A stretch of DNA of 64,000 nt from Candidatus Poribacteria bacterium (GTDB taxonomy: Bacteria > Poribacteria > WGA-4E > WGA-3G). The position numbers and the translations under genes were made by a program. The stretch covers positions 224,001-288,000 of the forward strand of contig CAXXUA010000006.1 in NCBI GenBank assembly GCA_963663765.2. The letters are read 5' to 3'. Shown here piece by piece: positions 10,519 to 21,698 of this stretch (its first letter is position 1; the number at the start of each line of letters is the position of its first letter). Below the pieces are notes generated by a model that worked only from the letters and a program-made list of their open reading frames with translations, made no database searches and had not been told where the DNA came from.

Positions 10519-10584
10519 TTAAAATGTAAAGTCTTCAATTCATGAGATTCCATAGGTTTTCCTCCTACTATAAAGTGAATAATA

Positions 10585-11256
10585 ATGATCCAACTCCATC
10601 AAGTCAGTTACAGTTATGATAATCTAAGCGTGCTTGAAAAGGCAAGTTTTCGACTTGAAAGGGGTGAATTCGCGTTCCTCGTTGGTGAAAGCGGTGCAGG
10701 TAAGACTACATTGCTAAAGCTACTATACAGAGAATTTATCCCATCGTCAGGTACATTAAATGTACTCGGGCAATCACTTTCAGATCTAACACCATCAACC
10801 CTACCTATATTCAGACGAAAAATAGGTATTGTATTTCAAGACTGTAATCTGGTTGAAACGAAAACTGTTGAACAAAACCTCGCAATTCCACAGAAATTAA
10901 TCGGAACGAAAAAACAGATCCTGCGAGATAATGTCAATAATTTACTACACCAAATGGGGTTAATACACCATAGAAAAGCATTTCCAAAAGATATTTCAAG
11001 TAACGAAAGAAATCGACTGGCTATAGCACGTGCGATCATAAACAGTCCATTGTTATTGATCGCAGATCAACCTACAGAAATTCTTGATCCAATGCTTACA
11101 CTTGAAATGCTTACGCTTTTTGATACACTAAATTTTCAAGGAACTACGGTATTAGTCGCAACCGCAGATCCAGAACTCCCTGAAAAATTTGTGCAATCAA
11201 AAAATGCTACAACCAAACGGGTTTTCACACTGAAGGATGGTTATATTACAACCTAA
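10585..11256 (+). CDS. ftsE: Cell-division ATP-binding protein FtsE, degenerate ATPase motifs
   Basis: GESGAGKTT, RRKIGIVFQD, directly upstream of ftsX; signature, Walker B and H-loop altered. Confidence 0.85.
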   Translation: MIQLHQVSYSYDNLSVLEKASFRLERGEFAFLVGESGAGKTTLLKLLYREFIPSSGTLNVLGQSLSDLTPSTLPIFRRKIGIVFQDCNLVETKTVEQNLAIPQKLIGTKKQILRDNVNNLLHQMGLIHHRKAFPKDISSNERNRLAIARAIINSPLLLIADQPTEILDPMLTLEMLTLFDTLNFQGTTVLVATADPELPEKFVQSKNATTKRVFTLKDGYITT

Positions 11257-11367
11257 GTTTCGCTATCTGAAACAATCTCAAGAGAAAGAATCTGTCTCGT
11301 CTTTTGAATCATTACAAAGTGATTGTATCCAAAAAAATAATTAATCAACAAGAAGTTAGAATTAGAT

Positions 11368-12246
11368 ATGCGTTATCAGTTTCAAAACGCCTTTACTCAC
11401 ATTAGACAGAAAAGTACAATCAATTTATTTTGTATTATTACGCTCTGTTTTCTTACTTTATTACTGAGTACATTTCTTTTTAATCATTCCTCAATTTACA
11501 ATGAACTATTACATAGAAAAACCACCGCCCCAATTATAGCATTTGCAAACGACATCGTTATTGAGGAAGATGCACGGCTTTTTGCAAATCAAATTCGCAA
11601 GACACAGCAAATCCTTCATATTGAATATGTTTCAAAGGAAGAACATTATAACCGTGCTGAACAACAATTTGGACATCTCGGTACAATAATTAAGAATGCT
11701 ATGTCCGGAAGTAATCCCTTTCCAGCTTTATTAGAAATATATGTTGATCCTACAAAAACATCACGAAAATCATTAGAGAAAATTGCTTTTGAGTTAGAAG
11801 CGTATGACAAGATTGATGATGTTGTACTCACCGGACACGGTGTACTAACAGATATATTTCGTCAAACAAATCGAATGACAGTTGCAAGTATTGCTATAAC
11901 CATTCTTTTGTCACTCCTATTCATATATACTGCCGTTCTTAAAACTGGTAAGAATAGACATCAAGAAATACAACTATTGAATCTAATTGGAGCAACACGA
12001 GGCTACATTCGGATTCCATTCGTACTTCATGGGATGTTCATCGGTCTTATTGGTGCTACCTTAGGTCTGGCATGTTTCTATTTCCTGTACAGCGTGTTCA
12101 CTTTTCAACTTGGTGTGTTAGAGTTTCTACCATATTATCAACTAATTGCTGTTGTAACATCCAGTACAATAATTGGAATGTTTGCTGGTATTCTTGCCTA
12201 TCGTAATTATGTAGTTTCTTGCAGTAAAAATAAGGTTATATATTAA
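11368..12246 (+). CDS. ftsX: Cell-division permease FtsX
   Basis: Four TM segments, YVSKEE, NPFPA, EIQLLNLIGATRGYIRIPF. Confidence 0.88.
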   Translation: MRYQFQNAFTHIRQKSTINLFCIITLCFLTLLLSTFLFNHSSIYNELLHRKTTAPIIAFANDIVIEEDARLFANQIRKTQQILHIEYVSKEEHYNRAEQQFGHLGTIIKNAMSGSNPFPALLEIYVDPTKTSRKSLEKIAFELEAYDKIDDVVLTGHGVLTDIFRQTNRMTVASIAITILLSLLFIYTAVLKTGKNRHQEIQLLNLIGATRGYIRIPFVLHGMFIGLIGATLGLACFYFLYSVFTFQLGVLEFLPYYQLIAVVTSSTIIGMFAGILAYRNYVVSCSKNKVIY

Positions 12247-12308
12247 TACATAGAACGAACAAGCTTCAAATTTTATTCAAAACTGAATTCTTTATTCAAA
12301 ACTATATC

Positions 12309-14066
12309 ATGAAGAATATTGAAATTAGCAAAATTTTCAGTAATATTGGCGAATTCTTACAAATACGCGGAGATGCATCATTTCGTATCAGATCCTATGA
12401 AAAAGCCGCAAGAGTTATTGCAGACCTTACTGTTGATGTTAGCGAATTAATTGAAAGTGGTACTTTCCAAAATATATCCGGTATAGGAAAGACGATTGAG
12501 GAAAAGACAAAGGAGATCCTTGAAACGGGAACTTGCCAAGCCTATGAGAAACTGAAGGATGAGATGGGAGTAGGGGTTCTGCAACTCTTGGATATACAGG
12601 GGATTGGTAGTAAAACAGCAAATCGTCTATATTCAGAATTGGGTATAAAAAACCTGAATCAACTCACAGAAGCACTTGAAGAAGGAAGACTTCAGGGAAT
12701 GAAAGGTTTTGGGAAAAAGACACTTGCTACTATATCAAATAGTCTACAGTTCCAAAATGAGAATCGGGGTGTAAGGGTAATTTCAGTGTCCTTTGCACTC
12801 GCAGAGAAACTAACTGATGTCTTGAATGCTTGTTCTGATATCACAAGGTTTGAATTAACAGGTGAATTACGAAGACGTGAAGAATTAATCCGAAGTCTTG
12901 AAGTTGTAGTAGAATGTGCTGAAAACATAGATACAACACGGGATACAATACTACAACAACTAACAGAACATAAACAGCAATTTCATTCCAATCTCATCGA
13001 TTCTGACAATCAGCAAATAGCAAATAAGCCATTATTACAAACTATTGAGAACATTATACTTTTTATAGACAATGATTTTCCTGTAGTTATCTATCTGACA
13101 ACACCATCATCGTTTGAATGCATCCTATTCCTTTCAACAGCAACAGATGCACACATTTCAGCACTACCCATTGACAAACACATTCTAAACCAGACAAATG
13201 ATTTTCTGCAGCAGTCACAAGATAGCACTGAGATAGAGATTTATGAGAAGCAAGGAATGTCATATATTCCTCCCGAATTACGCCAATACGCTGATACTGT
13301 TCAGTTAGCATTGGATAATAATTTGCCAACACTCATTAAATTAGAAGACATGAAAGGCGATTTGCATGCGCATACTGAATGGAGCGATGGAAGAAACACC
13401 ATGGATGAGATGATAACCACCGCTATTGAATTCGGTCTTGATTATTTTGCAATTACAGATCATTCAGCCTCCTCAACGGTCGCTAATGGATTGGACCAAA
13501 AACGGCTGTTAGCACAGATAAAGCATGTCCGCGAGGTGGATTCTCAAACGGAAGATATAACAATACTTGCAGGATCTGAAGTAGATATTAGAAGGGATGG
13601 TTCGCTGGATTATTCAGACGAGATTCTTGCACAGCTTGATATAGTTATAGCAAGTATTCACAGTCATTTTACTTTATCCGAAACAGAAATGACAAAAAGG
13701 ATGATAGCTGCTATTGAGAATCCTTATGTATATATCATAGGTCACCCGACAGGCAGACTGCTCGGTAGTAGACCGATGTACCCAATCAATCTTGATGAGA
13801 TAATCCACGCGGCTGCAGAGAACAATACAATATTGGAGATAAACGGTTCTCCGAGTAGATTGGATTTAGGACCAGAATATGTCCGCAAAGCAAAAGACGC
13901 AGGTGTTCTAATTTCCATCAATACTGATGCCCATGCTGTACGCCAATTTGTTCACCGTAAGTATGGTGTGAATGTAGCAAGACGCAGTGGATTGACCAAA
14001 GAAGATGTAATTAATACCTACCCATTAGATAAACTCCGAAAGATATTACATAAGAATGGAGAGTGA
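12309..14066 (+). CDS. polX: DNA polymerase X / PHP exonuclease
   Basis: FRIRSYEKAA, HhH motifs, IPPELR, PHP motifs GDLHAHT, TDHS, HPTGR, NTDAH. Confidence 0.92.
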   Translation: MKNIEISKIFSNIGEFLQIRGDASFRIRSYEKAARVIADLTVDVSELIESGTFQNISGIGKTIEEKTKEILETGTCQAYEKLKDEMGVGVLQLLDIQGIGSKTANRLYSELGIKNLNQLTEALEEGRLQGMKGFGKKTLATISNSLQFQNENRGVRVISVSFALAEKLTDVLNACSDITRFELTGELRRREELIRSLEVVVECAENIDTTRDTILQQLTEHKQQFHSNLIDSDNQQIANKPLLQTIENIILFIDNDFPVVIYLTTPSSFECILFLSTATDAHISALPIDKHILNQTNDFLQQSQDSTEIEIYEKQGMSYIPPELRQYADTVQLALDNNLPTLIKLEDMKGDLHAHTEWSDGRNTMDEMITTAIEFGLDYFAITDHSASSTVANGLDQKRLLAQIKHVREVDSQTEDITILAGSEVDIRRDGSLDYSDEILAQLDIVIASIHSHFTLSETEMTKRMIAAIENPYVYIIGHPTGRLLGSRPMYPINLDEIIHAAAENNTILEINGSPSRLDLGPEYVRKAKDAGVLISINTDAHAVRQFVHRKYGVNVARRSGLTKEDVINTYPLDKLRKILHKNGE

Positions 14067-14078
14067 AGGGAATATGCT

Positions 14079-16010
14079 ATGAAACGATCACAACTTGCCC
14101 CTGCAAAACGCGCTATCATTATCGGTATGGATGGAGCAAGCATGGAACTTGTCAATAACATGATTGCTTGGGGTCATGCACCCAATATGGAAAAAATCCG
14201 AAATACAGGCGTCTACCGTCCAATGCTTGGTGTTTTTCCTACATTAACACCACCAGGTTGGACGGCTCTTTCTACCGGGTCTTGGCCTGGTACCCATCAA
14301 GTTATGGATTTTAACATACGCGCTTTAGGTAAAGAACTCAATAAGACAGTATGGGGTATAAACACAGGTTTGTGCCAATCTGAATATTTATGGAATCTTG
14401 TTGAACGCGCCGGTGGAAAACCCATACTTGTAAAATGGGAAATGTCCTGGCCACCCACAGTGAAAACCGGTATTCAGGTAGAGGGAACAGGACCGGGTGT
14501 TTCAAATCACCATCAAATCGCTGGGTACCATCTATTTGTATCGGGAGAATGGGCACCGCGACCAATCGGGGGACAACGTGACCCTGAAACACTTGATCCA
14601 AGTGCATTACAAAAGATTAAACACATCGATTCTGTGAATATTGTACCAGTTGATTTAAATAAATGGCAAGGAGAACTCCCTGATTCAGAGAAACCTTTGC
14701 TGGAAGTGGAACTAACGATCCAACCATTAGCACGTGGAAGAGCGGATATGAATCGGGGTAAAACCGGCAAATCAAAAACATATTATGCCCTTATATATGC
14801 AATGGGACAAGATGGTTATGATAGAATTAGGGTGTTCAGTAAGCGTTCTGATGATGATGTTGTCGCTGATCTTGCTGTAAGTGATTGGAGTGACTGGTGG
14901 ATTGATTCATTCGTTATTGATGATAGTGATGTTGAAGGATATGTGCGAATGAAACTCGTTACTCTTACTCCGAATGCAGATGCTTTTGAACTCTTTGTAC
15001 CACAGATTTGGCCAAGAACAGATTACACTGTCCCATCAGAAATTGCAACTGACATTGATAAGCATGTTGGTTCATTCCTACAGAATCCTGCACGTGACGC
15101 ACTTGGGAAAGTAGATGATGACACCTATTTTGAGTTGTTAGATTACCATCATCAACGACTCGCAGATGTAGCGACATATCTTGCATCCGAAAATGAATGG
15201 GATGTACTCATGGTAGAAACACATGCGCCAGATTATGCAAGCCACTTCTTCCTGAGTCAAGCAGATGAGGTTAGCGGTGCCTCAGCAGAAACAATCCATC
15301 GTTGCAGAGAAGGATTGCGCCGGACCTATGAATCTGTTGATAGAATGATAGGACAGATTGCTGAACTTGCTGATGAAGATACGGTAGTTCTTATCTGTGC
15401 TGACCATGGAGGCACTCCGAATCAATTCCGTGCAGTAGATATTGAGAAAGTCTTGGAAAAGACTGGGTTTATCGTCAAGCAGAAAAATGGTGATATTGAT
15501 TGGACTAAAACACGAGCTTTAAATGTTGGATTAGTTCATATTTTCATCAACCTCGCAGGTCGTGAACCTAACGGCATAGTTGCTGCAGAAGACTATGAGA
15601 TGACACAACGTGAGATCATCGCAGCATTGCATGCATATAAGGATGAAGAGACCGGTAGACACCCGTTTTCATTAGCGGTAACACGTGAGGATGCAGAAAT
15701 GTTGAACCTACAAGGCGATCTTGTCGGTGATGTAGTTTACGCACTTCGTCCAGAATTCGATGGTGCCCATGGCAAGCAGCTACCATCTGTGAGTTTTGGT
15801 ATAGGAGGTCAACATTCCACATTTATTCTTTCTGGCGCGGGTGTTAGGAATGGAGTTTCTTTGGAACGTCAAGTCCGTGTAGTTGATGTCGCACCAACGA
15901 TCTGCTATCTTTTGGGGTTACCAATGCCTGAAAATGTAGAAGGCGGTGTAGTTTATGAAGCATTAGAGAATCCCAATTGGCATTTAACTCGTCTTGCTGA
16001 ATTGGAGTGA
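14079..16010 (+). CDS. Alkaline phosphatase superfamily (nucleotide pyrophosphatase/phosphodiesterase) protein
   Basis: IIIGMDGA, TLTPPGWTALSTG, ADHG, VDVAPTI. Confidence 0.85.
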   Translation: MKRSQLAPAKRAIIIGMDGASMELVNNMIAWGHAPNMEKIRNTGVYRPMLGVFPTLTPPGWTALSTGSWPGTHQVMDFNIRALGKELNKTVWGINTGLCQSEYLWNLVERAGGKPILVKWEMSWPPTVKTGIQVEGTGPGVSNHHQIAGYHLFVSGEWAPRPIGGQRDPETLDPSALQKIKHIDSVNIVPVDLNKWQGELPDSEKPLLEVELTIQPLARGRADMNRGKTGKSKTYYALIYAMGQDGYDRIRVFSKRSDDDVVADLAVSDWSDWWIDSFVIDDSDVEGYVRMKLVTLTPNADAFELFVPQIWPRTDYTVPSEIATDIDKHVGSFLQNPARDALGKVDDDTYFELLDYHHQRLADVATYLASENEWDVLMVETHAPDYASHFFLSQADEVSGASAETIHRCREGLRRTYESVDRMIGQIAELADEDTVVLICADHGGTPNQFRAVDIEKVLEKTGFIVKQKNGDIDWTKTRALNVGLVHIFINLAGREPNGIVAAEDYEMTQREIIAALHAYKDEETGRHPFSLAVTREDAEMLNLQGDLVGDVVYALRPEFDGAHGKQLPSVSFGIGGQHSTFILSGAGVRNGVSLERQVRVVDVAPTICYLLGLPMPENVEGGVVYEALENPNWHLTRLAELE

Positions 16011-16049
16011 AAACGTAGCCGATTGAATTGGTTTAATCCTATTTTCTAA

Positions 16050-17450
16050 CTATTGTAATCGTTGTAAATAAATGTCGTGATCTTTACCACGTGCATCACT
16101 CCAAACGACGATGGCACTGCCATTTCCTGTTGCGATTGCCATAGGTGAAATCTGTTGCTTTTCTGCATCACAAACCGGTATCCCATTTTCTTTCCAAAGT
16201 GACTTCCCGTTCATATCAATCCATTGTGCATAAATTGCATCTTCAGTTGAATCCCCAAAATCTTGTCTATAATCTAACCAGTAGATAATAGCACCTTCAG
16301 CCCCATCAGAAACAAGTTTAGGATTCTGTTGTACACCACCAGCAGTACATACATGTACACCTGTTTTGTTCCATAATAACTTACCATCTGCATTGACGCG
16401 TTGAGCATAGATGTCAGCAAAGATATCCCTATCATCCCACCACACCACGATGAACCCTCCATTGCCATCACTGATACACTCTTGTTGTTGTTGATTTGCT
16501 TTGACATCACAGATAGAAATTCCGTCTTTTTGCCATAATGCTTTTCCATTTGCATCTATATGTTGTGCATAGAGTTGTGCAGTCGTGAGGAAATTTGGGT
16601 CATTTCTATAGTCGGGCCATACACAAAAAACACCACCATTACCATCCGCGACGATTTTAGGACCGCCTTGGTTTCCTTGTGCTGAGCAGATAGGAATGGG
16701 AGATTCCCATACAGCATTTCCCATGCTATCAATACGTTGTGCTAATATATCCCAATCGGGTGTGCTGATATCCCACCATACGAATATTGCACCCCCATCA
16801 CCGTCACTAACTAATGTGGGATCATATTGGTCTGCTTTTCCCTCAAATACTGATACTCCATTCTGATTCCAAATTGGTTTACCATCAGCAGATATTTTCT
16901 GGGTGTAGATATCTTGGTTACCAGAACGCCAATCCTCCCAAACAATTATCGCCCCACCGTTTCCATCTGCGATTGCAGAGAAATCGTCTTGAAGAGTAGG
17001 TTCAGTACAAATAGAAACACCATTTTCTTGCCATAATTTCTTACCGTTTGCATCAATCCGTTGGGCAAAACTGTCCTGGGAACCGTTGCGTGTATCACCC
17101 CACACCACTATAGCACCGCCAGTTGAGTCTGATACGATGACTGGTGCACTTTGTGAACTGTTGTGTTCACAGACAGCGATACCATTAGCATCCCAGAGTA
17201 TGTCTCCAGTGTCAGTTACCCTTTGTGCAAATATATCGTAGTTTTCATTTTGCGCATCTCTCCACGCAACAATTACCCCGTTTTCGCCATCAGATGTCAG
17301 CACTGGAAAGAGTTGTGCGTTCTTTGCAGCGCATATAAGTAGGTTGTCTGATACCTGCCATTCTGAATTAGCAATTAACAGGAATAAATTTAAGCATAAA
17401 ATTATAAGAAGGGAATTTAGTAGGAAGTACTTAGTCAAAGTAATATCCAA
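16050..17450 (-). CDS. Secreted repeat (beta-propeller-like) protein
   Basis: Hydrophobic N-terminus and about eight repeats of DGxGGAIIVWxDxR...DIYAQRIxxxG...W; start uncertain because the TTG lies in a MITE end. Confidence 0.8.
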   Translation of the reverse strand: MDITLTKYFLLNSLLIILCLNLFLLIANSEWQVSDNLLICAAKNAQLFPVLTSDGENGVIVAWRDAQNENYDIFAQRVTDTGDILWDANGIAVCEHNSSQSAPVIVSDSTGGAIVVWGDTRNGSQDSFAQRIDANGKKLWQENGVSICTEPTLQDDFSAIADGNGGAIIVWEDWRSGNQDIYTQKISADGKPIWNQNGVSVFEGKADQYDPTLVSDGDGGAIFVWWDISTPDWDILAQRIDSMGNAVWESPIPICSAQGNQGGPKIVADGNGGVFCVWPDYRNDPNFLTTAQLYAQHIDANGKALWQKDGISICDVKANQQQQECISDGNGGFIVVWWDDRDIFADIYAQRVNADGKLLWNKTGVHVCTAGGVQQNPKLVSDGAEGAIIYWLDYRQDFGDSTEDAIYAQWIDMNGKSLWKENGIPVCDAEKQQISPMAIATGNGSAIVVWSDARGKDHDIYLQRLQ

Positions 17451-17561
17451 TTAACGGGATACGTATTAGTAGGGTGCGGTTTCCTAACCGCACCGGATCC
17501 GAGAACATCAGAACAGTTAGGAAACCGAACCTAACGTTAAAAAAGATAAACCCCTTAATTG
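17448..17561. mobile_element. MITE-like element CAATTAACGGG...CCCCTTAATTG enclosing a REP doublet
   Basis: Imperfect 11-bp TIRs; inside GTAGGGTGCGGTTTCCTAACCGCACC and an inverted partner. Confidence 0.55.
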
Positions 17562-17645
17562 AAAAAAGTTGTTGTATATCTTTTTAACGGATGATATGAG
17601 AGTGTGGAAAATCAAATTTCCTGAACATAATCAAAATACTCTTTT

Positions 17646-19223
17646 TTACATCAATAATTCTTCACCGATTGGGAAAAACTGGTCTGCCATTGACTGCAAG
17701 TCCATTGATGTATTATGCTCAAACGCAACTACCTCAATTCGTTTATGCTGCTGTTTGATGAGTTCTGCTAATGGACAAAAATCTCCGTCACCACTAGCTA
17801 AGATTATAACGTCCAAAGAACTCAGCATGGAAACCACATCAACTGCAATCCCTACATCCCAATCCCCTTTAGCAGAACCATCTCCGCGTAAACGCAAGTC
17901 TTTACTACGAATTGTATATCCGTTATGTTCTAAAAGTGAGAAAAAGTTTGATTGGTCAATCTCTGGTATTTGCACAATGTAAGCATAAGCAGATATAAGT
18001 TGGCGGGGACCTACGATTAGGTCAAGAAGTTTAATATAATCTACACGTCTTTCAAATCTGTCTTTTGCTGCGTAGAACATATTTTGTACATCAACGAAAA
18101 CACCTACACGGGGTTGTGTAGTTTCTTTTACATTGTCTTCTTTCGTCTCTTCCTGTTGTAAACTCAATTGATTTACCGTTTGACGAATATTGTTTAGCGC
18201 ATTTCGGGATACAACATGCGATCTTTCAAAATTGTCAAATTGATGCTGAAGATTAGACTTAAACTCTTCATAAGTTTGGGATTGTCTAAAGAGCGCTTCT
18301 TCAACCAGTTTTAGTTCAACAGTAAAAACTTCTTTAGATGTTCTGAGCTGAGATAGTTCATTTAGCTGTAAGGAAATTTGATCATACTTCGTGATTAACT
18401 GTTGGTGTTCAACATCTAATTTCATAAGTGAAGCATTTGTTTCGTTATATTGTGCTTCTTTTTCATGCAAACTTTCATTTTCCTGTTGAAGAAACACTAA
18501 CTTTTTTTCTATATCTTTAAATGCAGTTACCTTTATTTTGTTCTGCTTGTTTTCATCAGTTAGAAACTGACAATGTTGTTCCAACATTCTATTCTTTTTT
18601 TCTATTGCAGCGAATTTATCTTTTAACTCATTATAGTCACTGTCTAACAATTCCAAATTGCTTTTCAAATCATCAATTCTTATTTCTGATTCCTGATTCT
18701 CAACAGGACAATCTTTTTGGATGACTTGTATCTCGGTAGAAGGAACTATTGGTTTGGTTGGATTTTCAACAAAACGAAATTGTCCGTTACATACATTTTG
18801 TACATTGTATGTATCATAGGCAGTATTTAACAAATGGCATCCATGGGCGTGGACTTCTTCACGATTATCTATTATTAAAGCCCAAACAACTTCAGGAAAT
18901 TCTCCTGATTCAATCAAGGGACCGGGTGATTTAAAATAAGTATGTATTTCATCTTCCAACATATATCCCACTCTTGAAATTGCTTTCGAAACTTTCTGTG
19001 ATAAATGTTCAAAGACAATTTCATCAATGTCGGATTGTCTAAAAAAAGCATTTGTTAATCTATTTAATAGCTCATGTTTTGAGGAAGAATATAACTTGTC
19101 AGGATCACTGACAAGTTTTGTATTCATTAGAATACTGAAAAGTTCCCTCTCATTTAATAACATTTCAAGAAACCATTTTAGTTGTTCTCGATGTAATTTT
19201 AATTTTAGGTTTAGTTTAGACAT
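17646..19223 (-). CDS. Coiled-coil protein with C-terminal NYN (LabA/DUF88, PIN-like) domain
   Basis: VFVDVQN, KGDWDVGIAVD, SGDGDF; central heptad-rich region. Confidence 0.88.
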   Translation of the reverse strand: MSKLNLKLKLHREQLKWFLEMLLNERELFSILMNTKLVSDPDKLYSSSKHELLNRLTNAFFRQSDIDEIVFEHLSQKVSKAISRVGYMLEDEIHTYFKSPGPLIESGEFPEVVWALIIDNREEVHAHGCHLLNTAYDTYNVQNVCNGQFRFVENPTKPIVPSTEIQVIQKDCPVENQESEIRIDDLKSNLELLDSDYNELKDKFAAIEKKNRMLEQHCQFLTDENKQNKIKVTAFKDIEKKLVFLQQENESLHEKEAQYNETNASLMKLDVEHQQLITKYDQISLQLNELSQLRTSKEVFTVELKLVEEALFRQSQTYEEFKSNLQHQFDNFERSHVVSRNALNNIRQTVNQLSLQQEETKEDNVKETTQPRVGVFVDVQNMFYAAKDRFERRVDYIKLLDLIVGPRQLISAYAYIVQIPEIDQSNFFSLLEHNGYTIRSKDLRLRGDGSAKGDWDVGIAVDVVSMLSSLDVIILASGDGDFCPLAELIKQQHKRIEVVAFEHNTSMDLQSMADQFFPIGEELLM

Positions 19224-19921
19224 GAAAGTCCTCCGTTTCCTCTAAGTTCATATAGCATTACGCGTTAAATTCAAAAAACAAATGAAATATATCAATTGAG
19301 AAAAACTATATGACGGTAGGGAGTATTAGTTTCTTTCCTCCTATCTAAAGGATAAGCAGTTTTTGTTAAAATAACCCAAGTTACCACCCATGTAGCATTA
19401 CCTGTTAGATTGTGCATCTTAAATCACAAACTGACAGTTTGTAATGCAAAAACATCTTAAAAGTGTATAAAAACCTATTAGAAACGGTGTATGTATGTAT
19501 AAACCTAATGGTAGCAACTTCAATTATATTAATGTTTTTAGTCACAATTATTTGTTTTTTCTACGATAAACATAATTCTAACAGGTGGATTTTCAGGAAA
19601 ATACTGGTATTTGTGATGGCGCAAATTGTGATTAATTGTCATATATGTTCTACAGTACTATCATTTAATGTTCTTACAACAAAATATGCACCGTTTTATG
19701 TAAATGATCCTTATTTTTTTAATTGATTAGTATCTACTTCACTAGTTAATACACTATTTGATAAGTCATTATACAAAAAATGCACTACATAGTCAAGCAT
19801 TAAATGTAATAATTCAACCATTCTGATTCCTTATTGACAGTAAAGATAACTTTCGTATTCGCCAAATAAATCATGGTTCAATTAAATAAGAATGTTGAAT
19901 TCCTTACGAAAAATGGATATT

Positions 19922-20485
19922 TTATTTATTTACTATCCAATGTGATACGGTATAGAGGTTTGTAAAAATCCAATCAGGCTTTGACGTCTTGTTTGTTAGA
20001 TGAGGAATCATATAATGTTGATAAGAATTATAACCGTGTCCTGTTAATACGAGAATAGGAGATACACCAGCAGATTGAGCAGCTTGAATATCTGAAATGG
20101 AATCACCAATGAAAAATGTTTCAGATAGATTAAAGTTATATTCATGGGAAGCACGCATCAACATACCAGGTTTTGGTTTCCTACAATTACAATTGTCATT
20201 AGGATGGTGTGGACAATAATATATTTTTTTAATTTTACCGCCAAATTTTTCAATTTCAACAAGCATTTGACGATGAACATCAGCAAGTTGCTGCTCAGAA
20301 AAAATACCGCGTCCAATTCCTGCTTGATTGGTCACAATATAGATTTCATAACCGTGATCAGTGAGTTTCTTAATTGCTTTTTGACTATTAGGAAGGAATG
20401 CGAAGTCTTTCCAGTTACAAACATAGCCATTATCGGGAGGATTCTTATTGATGACACCGTCTCTATCCAGAAGAACGGTTTTCAT
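19922..20485 (-). CDS. gmhB: D-glycero-D-manno-heptose 1,7-bisphosphate phosphatase
   Basis: LDRDGVIN, VTNQAGI, CPHHP...CNCRKPKPGM, IGDSISD. Confidence 0.92.
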   Translation of the reverse strand: MKTVLLDRDGVINKNPPDNGYVCNWKDFAFLPNSQKAIKKLTDHGYEIYIVTNQAGIGRGIFSEQQLADVHRQMLVEIEKFGGKIKKIYYCPHHPNDNCNCRKPKPGMLMRASHEYNFNLSETFFIGDSISDIQAAQSAGVSPILVLTGHGYNSYQHYMIPHLTNKTSKPDWIFTNLYTVSHWIVNK

Positions 20486-20550
20486 TGTTTTCTCCAATTA
20501 GACGAACATGATTTATACAATACACAATCATTGACACTACCTAATAACTA

Positions 20551-21600
20551 TTACTGCATTGTGTGAATTTCCTTATGGAGTTCATCTGGCGTGACAACTG
20601 CACACCCCATCTTCCTGACAACAATTCCTCCAGCAATGTTTGACAGTTGTACAGCACTATAGTTATCAGCATTTGATGCAAGAGCAAGTGCATAAATAGC
20701 ACAAACTGTGTCACCGGCACCCGTTACATCAATGACTTTGTGTGTATGAGGTAGAAAGTGTTTAACTTTTAAAATGCCAGCACTGTCTCGTTGAAATAGA
20801 GACATGCCCTCTTCTTCACGCGTAATCAATAGTGAATGTAATGATAACCGATCTAATATTCTTTCTCCCACAGAAATTAGGTGAGAAATATCAGTTATTT
20901 CTTCCAATACGGCAGCACCAGCTTCTTTGTGGTTAGGTGTAAGTGCTGTGACACCTTCATAGTCCCAAAAATTATTTCTTTTGGGATCTACTATTATGGG
21001 TATATCTTGATGCTTTGCTTGCCCGACGACTGCTTTAATTAACTCGGAATTAATCGCTCCCTTATCATAATCTGCGAATATGACAGCATCACTATTTGCT
21101 ATGTGAGATAATGTGCCTCTTAACAACCGTTCACGTATTAACCCACCAATTTCTTGCTTAGATTCATTATCAATTCGGAGAAGATGATAACCTTGTTCTA
21201 AAATCAGGTTTTCAGAATTCTCCTGATTTTGGGTAGTTGAGTTGTGGATTTTAGGACGGACAATTACACGAGATTTCTTACTCGTAGGTCGTTGAATATC
21301 TAAACAGATGTCAGTAGACCCGATACCCAATGTATTCAACATCCGGATGAGTTTTTCACCGTCTCTATCTTTACCGATGACTCCAATTAATTCTACCTGT
21401 CCTCCTAAACTGACAACATTTTGTGCAACGTTTGCAGCTCCTCCACAACCAATATGTTCACCGACACTCTCAAAAACAGGTACTGGCGCCTCTGGTGATA
21501 TACGGTTGACATCACCCCAGACATATTCATCTAAAATAATATCTCCGATGATAGTAACCTTTTTATTTTGAAATTGTGCTAATATTTTTGTTAAGTTCAC
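20551..21600 (-). CDS. rfaE1: Heptose 7-phosphate kinase (HldE/RfaE domain I)
   Basis: IGDIILDEY, RISPEAPVPV, GGAANVA, DYDKG, VDPK, DVTGAGD. Confidence 0.9.
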   Translation of the reverse strand: MNLTKILAQFQNKKVTIIGDIILDEYVWGDVNRISPEAPVPVFESVGEHIGCGGAANVAQNVVSLGGQVELIGVIGKDRDGEKLIRMLNTLGIGSTDICLDIQRPTSKKSRVIVRPKIHNSTTQNQENSENLILEQGYHLLRIDNESKQEIGGLIRERLLRGTLSHIANSDAVIFADYDKGAINSELIKAVVGQAKHQDIPIIVDPKRNNFWDYEGVTALTPNHKEAGAAVLEEITDISHLISVGERILDRLSLHSLLITREEEGMSLFQRDSAGILKVKHFLPHTHKVIDVTGAGDTVCAIYALALASNADNYSAVQLSNIAGGIVVRKMGCAVVTPDELHKEIHTMQ

Positions 21601-21698
21601 ATCATTATATTATCATAACTAAGCAAGTTTTTGCAACAAACATTGCAGGAAAGGGTCTGTAAATATTTTGCACAACAAATCATTCTCCATAGTAGCGC

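Noticed and set aside
19224-19921. Long AT-rich intergenic region with an 87-aa ORF (19463-19726)
   Set aside because: No RBS or recognisable motifs; only a degenerate REP doublet at about 19392-19448 is supportable
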